In this document: positions 11,529 to 25,884 of the stretch, piece by piece
How the letters are laid out: every line of letters begins with the position of its first letter
Position numbering within the stretch: position 1 is the first letter of the stretch
DNA from: the human T2T-CHM13v2.0 reference genome, Homo sapiens
Strand: one strand, 5' to 3'
Assembly (NCBI RefSeq): GCF_009914755.1
Contig: NC_060925.1
DNA: 64,000 nt
Translations under genes and position numbers: made by a program
The notes under the pieces: model-generated
Seen by the model: only the letters and a program-made list of their open reading frames with translations
What the model was told of the DNA's origin: nothing
Databases searched by the model: none

Positions 11529-13269
11529 AGGTCTCTTCAGGAAAATGATCAACCTTGTGTTCAGCTTGGCCAAGATGGCCCCTTGCTTAAGTTCCCAGAA
11601 CTGCAGAAAGTTAGTTCTTAGTACTAACTTTCAGTCCCTTATGTGACCTTTCTGCAAAGATCCAGTCATCCAGAGGGGTGGCATCAGATTGTATCAGGCC
11701 GTCCAGCCCTATAGACCCCAAACTTCTGTATACTCTTCATCCCCTGGGACTATTACATTGCAGGTCTGACAACTTTTCCTATTCCATCTTTGAAACATAA
11801 AAAGTTCTCATTATTTCTCACTTCCAACAAATAGGGCTACCCACCGACTTCTTCATACTGGTCACCCGGATGGTCTCTAGGGGGCTCTATTGCCGTCAGG
11901 AGGAGGGAACTACTTGCAGTGCTTTAGGACAGTCTGTATTCCCAGACTTTCTGACACCTTTTTTAGTAGAGAAGAGAAGCTGGAGGGGGAGATGGAGAAG
12001 GAAGAATGAGGAGAACACTATAATAGAAGCTAAATATCGGCAGATCATTCTACTACACAGCTCTTCACACTGACTGTATAGGCAAATTTCCTGTTTATCC
12101 TGAGCAGAAGGCAGCCTTCCTTCTCTAAATTGTACCTACTCAAAAATTTAGGCTACAAACTTACAATCAGGAAGAAAACTGAAAGCTCTTCCTGTTGAGT
12201 CATCCGGCTTTAAAGTGCTGGATCTTTGCTGGACATTGTAGTAAATTAATTGAAAGTTTTGTGCAAAATATTATTTCAGGGGATGGGGTAGGCTCCTCGG
12301 ATGAAACAGCAGTGTGTTTGTGAGGTCAAATTTTTGCTTCTTAGAATAAGAGTCACTTTGATTTTGGTGGGGCAGGATCACCCGTGGGAGGATAACTCAT
12401 CCACACATATCAGACATGAATCCTTCAGTGAGAGATGGGGAGTGGGAGCAGAGTGGTCAGGGTATCCCTGTGAGGCAAGGGAGGGATCCTGACCTCTGGT
12501 GCACCTGACCTCTGGGGGACTGGCTCTTGGGTCCAACTCAAGGTTCCTTTTCAGGGCCTGTGGCATGTCCTCCAGGCCATACTGCCATCTTTAAAATACT
12601 GCCGGCACCTAGTTGTTACTGTCAGCACCTGGCTGTGGTAGGGGAGGACAGACACCGATGATTCACGAGGCGTGATCCAGAGCATTGTAACCATTAGTAG
12701 TAGGTGTGAAGGGAAATCATCAAACCATGTGAAGGTGGGAAAAGTTGTCACAAGTTGCAAATCTATAAGACAAAACTGTAAGACCAATGAAAATATTGAA
12801 AAAATTCACTGCACTCTATGAGGCTGCTGTGAGAAGCAAAAGAAGCAAGTGTAAAGCCTTCAGGTGTCACAGAAATAGGCCCCTGATCGTGCCTCAAACC
12901 ATAAGACGTCAGAGCATGAAACACCAGTGAGGGAGAGTGATTGCGTTTCACAGATAAAGAGCCTATGAGCAAAACCAATCTTCCTTTCCTCTGAAGTGTG
13001 CCCCATTGCTGAATCATGCTGATGAGTTATCATGGTTTTCCTCCTGCATGATTTTCTTCTGTAATACTCATTTCAGAAGTTAAAAAAAAAACAACAAAAC
13101 AAAACACAACAAAAAAACCTGCTACCTGTTTCTCTTTTTAATCCTGCATTTTAACAGACAGGCCAAGAGCAGGAGCAATTAGTCTCCCTGAGGATTTGCA
13201 AAGGGGAATTCCAATTGTGAGCGAGCTGTCATCCTTCTCCTTCAGTTGTTTAAATGTGATTCCATCTAA

Positions 13270-13660
13270 TTCAGTTCCAGAGCAGGTGTTGAGCATCTTA
13301 TGTGTGCAGACACTTACTAGGCACTGCTAGGATAGACTAGGACAGGCAGGATGCTGCCACTGCCCAGGTGGAGCACATCATCAAGCGGGGGCCACAGAGA
13401 CATAGACAAATAGTTATCTGGAATTACAATGTGGAACAGAGGAGGGAGTGATAGATTTTATCTTAAAGGAGTTAGGGAAGGCTGTAGAGAGGGTGATGTG
13501 TGAGCTGGGTCTTCAAGGATGAGTTGGCCTTGTGGGCAAGACAAGAAATATCAAATAAGCTGAGTGGGAGCATAGAGGAAAGGCTAGGGTGCATAGAAGT
13601 GCATGGGGTAGAATGAGAGCCAGGATGTGTGTGGCTGGATGGAGGGTGAGGCCGATTTTA
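13270..13660 (-). mobile_element. L2 fragment, antisense
   Basis: gttgagcatcttatgtgtgcagacac...ctaggcactg...tgagctgggtcttcaaggatgagt. Confidence 0.7.
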
Positions 13661-14009
13661 GAACAGTGATGTTCTAACAGGCAGGCAGGTTTAGGGTACA
13701 AAGGAGCTTGGATCCTTGCTCGGGACTTAGGCTTCAGGCAGAATTTCACTAGTACAGGCCAAAAGCTGGTGGCCCTGGAACGCAATGTGCAAGCAGCTCA
13801 GATCGCACAGGAGACTGCTTTAGGATGGAAGGTATTTCCTGGAGACCTTGCCACTGATGCCAGAAATTCCCAGCATTTCACTCACTCCTCAGAGGCCTCT
13901 GGAAATGTGCACATGCATGCTTCCTGAAAGGGGTAATACATTCACAAGCTGACCCCACTCTCCACGTGCTGAATGTCACTACCTAAAATCACTCACATTT
14001 CTGGAACTC

Positions 14010-14102
14010 AAAGGCAGGCTCTGGAGCTAGGCTACCTGCGTTCAAAGCCCAGCTCTACCACTTGCAGCCATGGAGCCTGGGGCAACCTACTTAACCTCAG
14101 AG
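14010..14102 (+). mobile_element. MIR 5' part
   Basis: ggctctggagctaggctacctgcgttcaaagcccagctctaccactt...gggcaacctacttaacctc. Confidence 0.75.
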
Positions 14103-14250
14103 GCCAGGTGACAGGGAGGCACCCACAAGTGAGGTGAGGCACACAGAGATGCCAGCAGCAGAGTGCAGAGAACGTGGGTGCAAATACATTCCTTTGCCCT
14201 CACACACCTTTTACCCTCACCAAGCCAATTCATAGCAGAATGCTCTAGAA

Positions 14251-14599
14251 CAGTGTTGACCAACAGAAATATCACATAAACCATGGATGTAATTTAACAT
14301 CTTTCTGGTAACTCAATTACAAAAAAAAAAAAAATGGAAAGAAACAGTTGGAATTAACTCTTTTCCCAGAAAACGTTGTAAAGAGTAGCATGAAATTAAC
14401 TTTAATAATATACGTGTTAACCAAATATATCCAAAATATTGTCATTTTAACGTGTACTTAACATTTTTAAAAATTAGTGAGATATTTTACATCTTCTTTT
14501 TGAGTACTAAGTCTCTAAAATCTGGTGTGTATTTTTTTTCTTACTGCATACCTCAATTTGTACTAGCCACATTTTAAGCTGCCATATTGAATAGCACAG
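14251..14599. mobile_element. MER33 (hAT-Charlie) DNA transposon
   Basis: cagtgttgaccaacagaaatat...aaccaaatatatccaaaatatt...actagccacattt...tattgaatagcacag. 8-bp TSD ctctagaa (14243-14250)/ctctagta (14600-14607). Confidence 0.88.
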
Positions 14600-14659
14600 C
14601 TCTAGTACAATGGCCCAAATGACTGTACTGAAATCATAACAATAGCTAATATTTCTTGA

Positions 14660-14795
14660 CTACCAGCCAAGAGATCTTGGGCAAATTACTAACACTGTGC
14701 CTACAGTTTCCTTCTCTACAAAAAAGAAGTAATAATACAACCTAACTTATATTATTGTGAACATTAAACTGAGAGATACAGCTGAAGTCCTGAAT
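14660..14795 (+). mobile_element. MIR
   Basis: tcttgggcaaattactaac..tgtgcctacagtttcc...attgtgaacattaaactgag. Confidence 0.7.
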
Positions 14796-14886
14796 AAGAT
14801 TATTGTTTCTCTTTGCCTTTGCACATGTAATTTCCTCAGCCTGGAATGCCCTATCTTCTCCACCTGCAAATCCTTATTCATTCTTT

Positions 14887-15417
14887 TTATTTAATTTCAA
14901 CTTTGCGAAGAACATTTTTATTGAAATATAAATCACATACCATAAAAATCACCCATTAAAGTGTCCAATTCAATGGCTTTGGTATACTCACAGAGTTATA
15001 CAGTCATCACTATAGTCTAAGTCCAAAACATTTTTGTCACTCTCCATCCCCCTTCCCCCTCCCCAATCCTAGGCATCACGAATCTACTTTTTTTTTTTGC
15101 TTTTATTATTATTGATACATAATAGTTGTATGTATTTATGGGGTGCAGTGTGAAATTTAGATACATGTATGCAATGTGTAATGATCGAATCAGGATAATT
15201 AGCATATCCATCCATCACCTCAAACATTTATCACTTCTTTGTGTTGAGAACTTTCAAAATCTGCTCTTCTAGCTACTTAAACATATACAATAAATAGTTG
15301 TTAATTATACTCACCCTATATTGCTATTAGAACACTAGAACTTATTCCTCCTATCTAGCTGTATTTTTGTATCCATTAACCAATCTTTGGCTGTCTTCCC
15401 TCCCATCCTTCCCTTCC
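14887..15417 (-). mobile_element. Composite L1 insertion (L1MA-like 3' end at ~15088-15417 plus an older L1M 3' end at ~14915-15087) splitting an L2
   Basis: Both pieces are antisense L1 3' UTRs. One perfect 15-bp TSD ccttattcattcttt (14872-14886 and 15418-15432) encloses both. L2 sequence continues on either side. Confidence 0.85.
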
Positions 15418-16149
15418 CCTTATTCATTCTTTAAGATCTTGTCCAAATGTCGCCTCCTCTGTGAAGCCTACCACCTTCCTTCTTAGGAAGCATCAGGTGT
15501 TCCTGGCTCTGGACCAACTCCTAATTTTGTTCAGACCTCTCTAACAGGGCTTCTTACCTTGCTTTGTGATTGTTTCCCTACCTGTCTTCCAGGATGAATC
15601 TGGAAGGGATTGCTGTATCTCATTCAAAGATACAGAATTTCCACTTTTTAATGTCTCTGAAATCAGGGTGCATTTATGTTACAATTGGCAGTGTTTTTTT
15701 TCTTTTTTTTTTTCATTGCTTGGTGAGACCAAACTAAAAAAGTAATGGCACAATGAGAGCATGTGGCATAGATTGGATGCGTGTTGGTATTTGTCTTTGT
15801 GTTCCCAGTCACTGAGCTCAATAAATGTAATAAATGTGTTGAATGTACTGACAACACTAGTAAAAGTTTACTGCAATTACCACACGTGTAAATTATTTGG
15901 CTGGCTGCCTCTCCTCTGCTCTGGATGGTAACCTCCCCAAGGGCAGAGACTGGGGGCCCTTTCATAGCAATGGGTTGGGCATCTCGTGAGAAGCCAAAAT
16001 ATAATACATGGTTTTTGAGGAAAATGTGCCCTTGAGTTGCAGGCAATGAAAGAAATCCCACCTTCCTCACTACAGCATGATTAGGCTTTAAAACTTCCCC
16101 CACCAAAATATCTGATTACTGCATTAGGAAGCAGAAGAGTCCAGCTAGA

Positions 16150-16202
16150 GTGCGGGATGAGAAATGTGCGGGCTGAGAAATGTGCGGGCTGAGAAATGTG
16201 CG
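16150..16202. repeat. Minisatellite, 3.3 x 16 bp (gtgcgggctgagaaat)
   Basis: Copies at 16150, 16166 and 16182, partial copy at 16198. Confidence 0.95.
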
Positions 16203-17216
16203 CTTGTGGGACCAGGAGACAGAGAGCATTTGCCCTCAAAGCTGCATGTTTCTTTGGAAACCCCATAGGGCTCCAAACAGATTATCTTTCAAAGAACTCA
16301 TTACAAGGCAAAAAGGGCTTTTAAATTTCAAGTGTTTTAACAAAATCTTTTTTATCTAGAAGTTCCACTAATTGTGCTGTTTCTCTCCAGTTCATAAAAT
16401 GATAAGCCAATAAACAGAATCATGCCAAGAAACTCTCTCATCAAGACAACTCCAACTATAAGCTGATACCAATCATTAGAGGGCTAAATATAATAATGCT
16501 TAGTCCAAAGAATGGGATGGAGGATGGAAAAATGGAGACCTTCTGGTTAGTGGTGAGCTCCAAGCTAGACCCTATCAGAAAGAAGGTATTTTAAAAGGCC
16601 CAAGTATGAAGTGTCTGGAATGTACATAGAGTTCCTATAAGCAAATATTGACTTTTAAATCTTTGAGATTATCTCAAAGCTGTTGTTTGAAGGTGCACCT
16701 TGATTTTTCCTTGATGAGTGGATTGGAGTTCCTGCCAAGTAACAAAAGGACTCAGTCTATTTGAGGGCTCTGGCCCAATTCAGACACACACAGACAGCAT
16801 CCCCCAAACTACCACCATTCCTCCTTAGGGGAAATCATGTCTGCTCTGTCTTTAGTACCACAAACACCTTGATTAAACTAAGGATGTGTGGTTTTACTCC
16901 TCCTCACCACCCCTACCCGCCCCCACCCCTCCGCACCCGGCCCCTAGAAAAGAAAACCAATGCAGCTAAAGTAAATTGCTCCATGCCTCACCAAAATGTC
17001 AACCTGTCAGGTAGGCTCAGATTATCGTCCCAGGGTTAAGCCTGGCTAGATTTGGGCTGCAGGGGCTCCTGGGAGTACTGGCTAACTAGGCCCCTCTGAG
17101 GGCTCCTGCATCCTGTACTTGAAATCAATCACAAACCTTTAACTTCCTGCTTTCCATTCTCTTCCTTCTCTCTTCAAGTTCAGTTTAAATAAAATTACTC
17201 TGCTGAGAGATCTTTA

Positions 17217-17926
<710 letters not shown>

Positions 17927-18699
17927 TCACCAGGTCCTTCTTACAGATACTCCCACCCCTTTCCTTCCATATCAATGTGTAACCTTACCTAGCTTCTTTC
18001 TGGAGAAGATGCTTGCAGTCTGTTTCAAACTCTCCTAATTATGGCTCCTAATGGGTTAGGTAGCTAAGAGCCATATTAATGTGATGTTATTCAGCACATG
18101 CCTTGCCATTCCTCTTGCTTGACTCTGATAATCGTTTGCAGCTCCCATTCAGGAGGCATCCACAGTTCCTTGGAGAAGAAAAACACAACAGTTTCAATAG
18201 GGTAGGTCCTATAGCAGAGGGACGAGCGTATGAGGGGAGAAAGAGGAGCTCTTAACTCTGTCTACTTAGTAGCTACCCATCCAGTGCTTGCTATGGACTC
18301 ACCCTACTTGGCCTTGGGCAGCCCTCTCTTAACCAGCCCTCTTGACCAATTCCTTTCCCTTTATTTCAGCTGAAACAAAGCTGGGATTTTTTCCCCCTCA
18401 AATAATTGTACTGAAATTAAGGAGGAAGCTAAGGAGGAGCAATACAAAAACACAGAAGTAGATGAATTTACAGAGTCACAGATTTCTTATCTGACAGAAC
18501 TTCCTGGGGATTCAGCTTCCTTCCCCACACTCGCACTCTCCATGAAAAAGACCCCGACCCTTTGTGTACAGTAAGATAAACACATTTCCAAAGGGGATGG
18601 GCCCCTCACTTGTGGAGATAGTTCTCTCCCTTTATCCTGGCCCACCCCTTCAGCCAAGGTCCTGAGACTAATTTAAGTAGAACATGATCAACATTAATC

Positions 18700-21430
18700 C
18701 TACACAACTTTAAAAAAAAAAACAAACCAATATGAACCCAAACTGAGGAACATGCAATAAATAACTGATTTGTAATCATCAAACACATAAACATCATGAA
18801 AGTAAAGGAAAGAGAGAGCTGTTTCAAAATGACAGAGACTAGAGATGTCTCTGTCAAACAAAAATGCAATGCATGAATCTAAAATGGATACTTTTGCTTT
18901 AAAGGACATTATCAGTAAAGGTTGAATGGGGTCCAAAGATTAAAAGGTAGAATTGTACCAACATTAATTTCCTGATTTTGATAGTTGTATTGCAGTTACA
19001 TGGGCGAATGTCATTGTTTATGGGAATAGACACTAACATATCCACTGGTGATGGGACATTTGAGAGCAACTTGCTCTCAAATGGTATAGAAAAAATATGT
19101 TCTTTGTACTATAGTTTAAATTTGAGATTGTTTTAAAACAACAACAAGCTACTCTGAATCCAACAACCTAATTTTCAGGAATCTAATCCAAACATATATT
19201 GTTGAAAAAAAGGTAACCGACTAGTATTATTTTTTGCCAGCAAAGGTGAAATAACTCCAATGCTCACCATAAAGGGACTGGTTGAGTCCCATCATATACA
19301 CACATTAGAAAAGGGAAGAAAAAGTATCTGTATATACCACTATGGAATGATTTTCAAGATATAATAAGCTAAATAAATAAAGTAGAGAAAATTGTCTATA
19401 TATACGTATATATATATATCTGAGAAAAGGAAACGTATGTGTGTAGTGCATTTAAAAAAACAAAAAGAAGAATAAATAATAAAATTTTAAAGTCAATGAT
19501 TACTTTTAACAGACAGGAGGAAATAATGGAGGAGATCTGAATAGAAGCCACACTAAATATGTTTTGGTAGATTTGACTTTGGAACCACGTAAATATTTTT
19601 TGTAATTACCAAAAAATTATATTTTAAAAAAGGAATTCCAGAAAATAAAATGAAATAAATTATCCTAAACATGAATATAGTTTGCACAGCCACACAGAGG
19701 GGAATTATTCCATGAGACTTAAACCTTCAACTTGACTGCAAGTCCCTATATACAATAGGGACAATAACTACATAAACAAAAACCACTTAAACTCTTTTCA
19801 GGAATTATATTGTTGGGGAAAATGTTGGTAGTTTTTCTGAGATGCGCATGTGTGTGTGTTTTATGATAGAACAAATGCATAATTATGTAATAATCTATAA
19901 TTCCCAGTGTCTTTAAAAATGAAGATTCTCAACTTTGAGAGAAAGGAAATATAGGATTGAAGACATTAAGCAAAATACCTGCAATTCTGAATTTGAATTG
20001 GAAATATCAATATGAACTGATGTTGGATGTTATCTTAAGACATAAACATATTTCCTAGTTCTGTCTACCAAAAAGGCCTAGCACCAATGGCTGCCTAGTT
20101 AGCATACAGCACCCCCAGGGCCCAGAGTGAGCTCCAGAAATGCCATTTCTCACTAAAAGGAACAAGGATTCTTTGGATAGATGGTTGGTTACACATTTAG
20201 AACAGGAAATGTACAAGATGTGCCTGGAATACCTTGTCATAGTAGATAGCAAGGAAGTTATCAAAAACTACCAGAATTGTATCAAAAGACTAAAGAGCCA
20301 ACTTAGATTCCCACTGGCCAAAGATGAGGTAATTTGAAAATCAATGACAGTAATTGCAATAGACTAAAATGCATCAAATACGTTTAAATCATGAGTTCAT
20401 GATGATTCTAAAAGATAATAATTGGCCACCCTTGAAGGTGGCTAGTGAATCCTTTTTTTAAGAATACTGGTAAATAAGAAAAAAAAAATTGAGCATTTGT
20501 CCTGCCTTTTCTATATGAACAATTGTACTGGGTAACCAAGTAACAGAAAAGGAGAAGTTCCTCTTCTCTTTATGGAAGTATTACAGTTAAAAATGAAAAA
20601 GGAATGGTTGAATTAGAATACCACCATTACCATTTTGCAATTTCTAATGAATTAATGGATCTAGAAATTGATCATTAACAGCTGCTAGTATCACAAAAGA
20701 GAGAAACCAAATATTACATACTTCCTGATGGAAGAATATGCCACCATCTATGAAGCAATCTTACCAAAAAATTTTTAAAAGACCAAACCTGAAGCATATC
20801 AAGCCCAAGATCCAACTACCAATTTACAGAAAGAACAGAGAACAGAGCAACAAGTAAAATGACACCACAGGGTTGCAGTCAGAAAACTCCAGACTGTGAG
20901 AAAATCTACATGACCAACAGTCTGGTTTCTTCAAGGGTACTAAAAGAGAGAAAGAGAGTGGGAGAGAGAGTGGAATCTATAGATCAAAAGAAACATGAGA
21001 CACAGCAACCAATCACAACATGTGGGCCTTATTTGGATCCTGAATCAAATAAGGACACTTTTTAAAAGGAATTATGACATTTATGAGAAATTAATATTTG
21101 AACACTGGCTGGATATTTGATGAGATTAAGGATTTGTTGTTATTTTTTAAATGTGATTATGGTATTGTGCCTTTAAAAAAATTAGTTCTCTTTTAGATGT
21201 TCATACATAACTGCTTACAGAGAAAATTATATGATGTCTGGAATTTGCTTCCAAATAATGCAAATGAGGTGACAGAAGTGAGTGGGGGTGTGTGTAAAAC
21301 AATGTTAACCATGAGTTCATAACTGTTGAAGTTGAGTGATAAGCACTGTTTTAGATGTTTGAAATCTTGCGTATTCATCTACCTGTGTACATACTTAGAA
21401 TTTTCCATAATACACAGTTTAAAAATAATA
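18700..21430 (+). mobile_element. Cluster of old L1M (L1MC/MD/ME-like) 3' region fragments
   Basis: aaatgcaatgcatgaatc, attaatttcctgattttgatagttgtatt, ccatttctcactaaaaggaacaagg, tttgaacactggctggatatttgatga, gatgtctggaatttgcttc. Confidence 0.75.
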
Positions 21431-22257
21431 CCAACCCTGTACCAGGAACTAGGCTGGCATTGACACACCTAAGCCATGAATTGGCATCACAGAAAAACAC
21501 TGTCAGAACTTTTCCTTCATGACTTACACATGTGGGAAGGGAGAGGAACTTGGTGGCAACGCCCTTAACTCTCCTCTGACTTGATGAATATGCAGTTTCC
21601 TTTGCCAAATTGGAAATTGAGAGGAGAATGCAGCCCTGTCTAAACTAGCTTCTCTGCAGAGCTTGTTGAAGGCCGGAACCATTACTCAGGGTCCAGCTGC
21701 ACAGCATTCTCATCCACCCAGCAACACATGCAGAGAGCTGTGAGATCAACATAGGGCCACATGTGGGTTTGAACAAAGAACAGTCAGACAAAAGCCCTAC
21801 AGACGCTCCTGACCTCTCTCTTGGCCTCTGGGCCTTCCATGGAAATGCGAACTTTCCTTTGACACTCACATGACACCCTTTGGCCCTTAACAACAGTCCT
21901 ATAGAGAGTGGGCAGTGCCCTTTGGCTGCATCAAGGGCAGGGGGCTCAATGCTCTAAATTGCTGGCATTCACACCACAATCTCCTCTTATTTCTAGGCCC
22001 CACCCTATTTATACTTTAGCTTTGTGGCATTTGAGAGTAGAAACATAAATTCAGCTAGACACTCCACTGCCCAGAGGGGTGACCTTTATTGTACATGCCT
22101 GGGATGTTTTCCCAGGGAATCCAAGAGAAAATGGCTTCATCAGAGATGTGTGGTACTATAGAAATGCCTAACCAGGGCCTGCGCCTGGGCACAGGTCTCC
22201 CTGGCTTGCACGTGACTTGAATTTGGCTTGCAATGAGGGAGTATTTCTGTGGGGGCC

Positions 22258-22524
22258 CATTCATTCACTCATTTACTCAAGCACATGCTGAGCCTCAACA
22301 TTAGAAGCTCTGGAAGATACAAAGAAGAAAAAGACAAAGTCTTTGCATGGAAAAGCTCTCAGGTAGGTCGGGGAGAAAGACATATTCACAAATAACTTCA
22401 ATTTAAGGCAAGGTGTGATCAGACCATGACTGAGGAGTTCAGAAAAGGAGAGAAAATTCCCAACTGCAGTAAAGTTGGAGGAGGTGAAGCAGGAAGCAGA
22501 TGTTAAAAGCTGAATAAAATTTTA
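22258..22524 (-). mobile_element. L2 antisense, interrupted by Alu
   Basis: cattcattcactcatttactcaagcacatgctgagc. Confidence 0.65.
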
Positions 22525-22824
22525 GGCCGGGCTCAGTGGCTCATGCCTGTAATCCCAACACTTCGGGAGTCTGAGGTGGGTGGATCACCTGAGGTCAAGA
22601 GTTCCAGACCAGCCTGGCCAATATGCTGAAACCCCATCTTTACCAAAAACACACAAAAACTTAGCCAGGCATGGTGGCGGGTGCCCGTAATCCCAGCTAC
22701 TCGGAGGCTGAGGTGGGAGAATCACTTGAACTCAGGAGGCAGAGGATGCAGTGAGCTGAGATCACGGCACTGCACTCCAGCCTGGGCGACAGAGTCAGAC
22801 TCTGTCTCAAAAAAAAAAAAAAAA
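22525..22824 (+). mobile_element. AluS
   Basis: Full dimer with ggatcacctgaggtcaagagttc and an A tail. Confidence 0.95.
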
Positions 22825-23307
22825 TGTCAATTTCAGTAGTCAAGAGATGGGGTGGGGGTGTGGGGAGTTAGGGTTGGGTGAGGGTGCAAGGAGAACAGAA
22901 AATTTCAGGTAGAGAAAATATCTTGGACAAAGTCACGCAAATAGAATTTTATAAAGTTTTCTGCAAGTATGATGAGTAAACCCATCAGTGGTGGAGATGT
23001 CCATACATGCAAGGAGCAAAGCTGAACCTTAGGAACTAATATGGTTTATTTTATTTCCTTGTTGCTGTCCATTGGTTTTCCAGAATGCTAGTGATCTCCA
23101 AGTTGTCACCTATTGCTTGATAATACATGGAACAAATTAACCAATCCTGAAAGTGGAATTTGAGAATTGGGTCAAAATGATGTGGGGTACAGCCCCACTT
23201 ATTTATACCAAAGACACTTTTTACTAACCTCTTGAATCTCTTCCCAGTCTCATGGTTGGATCAAATATCTCACCAACTTCTTGGTGAACAATGGAAGATC
23301 CACATGG

Positions 23308-23515
23308 TTTGGTTTTTATGAACCTTAGCACTACAGACATTTTAAACCAGGTAATTCCTTTCGATGGGAGGCTGTCCTGTGCATTGAGGATGTTTAGCAA
23401 CATTTCTGAGCTCTACCCATTAGAAACCAGTCGCACTCACCCCCCAGTTATAACAACCAAATGTGGGGGTGACAGCGGTGTGGGGGGCAAAATTGTCCCC
23501 AGTTGAAAACCACTA
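23308..23515. mobile_element. MER20 (hAT-Charlie)
   Basis: ctgtcctgtgcattgaggatgtttagcaacat...ctctacccattaga...caaccaaatgt...ggggcaaaattgtccccagttgaaaaccact. Confidence 0.88.
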
Positions 23516-23544
23516 TACTTTAATATATAAAGAAACCAAAAAGA

Positions 23545-23780
23545 TATTAAAAGCTTACATTTATTGGGTGTTTATTACGTATAGGCTCTGTATTAAGTGT
23601 TTCCATATATTAACCCTTTTAATCTTCCCACGATCCAATAAAGTATAGGTACAATTATGATTCACATTTGACAGATTAAGAAATTATTTGCATTTACAGA
23701 AGGGTTTATCAATGTATCCAGACTCACACTCCTTGTGAGTAGCAGATTCAGGATCTGGCTCAAGCGCTCTGACACAGGCA
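23545..23780 (-). mobile_element. MIR
   Basis: agcttacatttattgggtgtttattacgt...ctgtattaagtg...ttaatcttcccac. Confidence 0.7.
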
Positions 23781-23997
23781 CCCACCCTCCTGGCCACCAA
23801 GCTACATCGTACAAGTCCCCAGGCTCCTCAGGCCTTTCTCCTGGAGGGGCCAACCAAATGGTGTGGGCACCAATAACAGAAGCCCCGGCTGGCCAGCAGC
23901 CTCAACTGAATTGCTGGAAACCTCACTTAGCAGGCCACAGGGATGGAACACACGTTGCTTGGGATCACTATGGGAGCCTCCTCACTGCCATGTGGTC

Positions 23998-24270
23998 TTT
24001 TGTTTGTTTTGTTTTGGCTGGAATGCACTGGCATGATCTTGGCTCACTGCAACCTCCACCTCTTGGGTTCAAGCAATCCTTGTGCCTCAGCCTCCCAAGC
24101 AGCTAGGACTACAGGCATGCACCACCACACCTGGATAATTTTTTATTTTTAGTGGAGACGGGGTTTCTCCATGTTGGCCAGGCTGGTCTCAAACTCCTGA
24201 CCTCAGGTGATCCACCCACCTCGGCCTCCCAAAGTGCTGGGATTACAGGAGTGAGTCACCACACCTGGCC
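23998..24270 (-). mobile_element. AluS, antisense
   Basis: ctcctgacctcaggtgatccacccacctcggcctcccaaagtgctgggattacagg. Confidence 0.95.
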
Positions 24271-24639
24271 TGCCAGGTGGTGTTTACTCTCCTCCCTGGC
24301 ACTCCCTTGAGGACCAAGTGGCTCACCTGTATTCCACATCAATGACATCCTTTCTGGAACAGCTTCGAACCTTTTAATGCCCCATGACCACATCTCCTGG
24401 TTATCATGTTGACCTCTTTTCCATGGAGTACTAGTCATCCTTGGCTTCAACATGGAGGTGGGGAAATTCCCCCAGAAGGGATACGATTGTCCTTTAGGCC
24501 ACAAGACATGAAGTTTGGTCACAAAGTTAACAGTGGCAGTTATGCTTGCCTCTCCAGCATCGGTTCTCCCTTCCCTCAGTGCCTGTACTGATTGTCATTC
24601 AGGTATACACACTGCCCCAGGGCAGCCTTGACTTTGGGC

Positions 24640-24870
24640 AACATGTAGGTGAATATTCTGAAAACATTCACAGACAAATTTGAGTTCAGATCCTGGTTCC
24701 ACCATGTAGTAAACGTGCCACCTGCACAAATTAATTGCCTGTTTCAGCCTCAGTTTCCTCATCTGTATGAAAGTATAGAGAAAAGGAAACTATCATGTAG
24801 AATTATGATATGGATTAGGAATAATATATTCTGTAAAGTGCTTGCTTTCTGGTATTATTATTAACAGTTA
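24640..24870 (+). mobile_element. MIR
   Basis: gcctcagtttcctcatctgtatgaa...tgtaaagtgctt. Confidence 0.75.
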
Positions 24871-24917
24871 TTAATCCCTTCGGAGGGGTTTGTATGCCAG
24901 GTTGCTTCTTGGCGTTA

Positions 24918-25613
<696 letters not shown>

Positions 25614-25884
25614 TCAATCCTAGTTTATTAATTAACTATAATCAACCTCCCAATAAATGAACCTCAGTGAGTTGGTTTTCAGTGGGTTGTAAGCCAAGAC
25701 CAGTCCAAAGTGATCTCTGAGCTGGACCTCCCATGGCCTTATGCCAATTTCTGAAATATTGTCTCACTTATTTCCTACCAATATGCATCCATCACAAACT
25801 CAGATGATACAACTCATTTCTGGGTGTTTTCTTCTTAAAGCCTACAGGAACAATTATGGACAGTTTCAAATCATACAAATATCT

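Noticed and set aside
15785-15845. Tandem AATAAA as a poly(A) site or HOX13/CDX sites
   Set aside because: Context (tttgtctttgtgttcccag...gctcaataaatg...tgttgaatg) matches a decayed L2 tail.
6260-16202. Short direct repeats as a CRISPR-like array
   Set aside because: Head-to-tail minisatellites with no spacers, in mammalian DNA.
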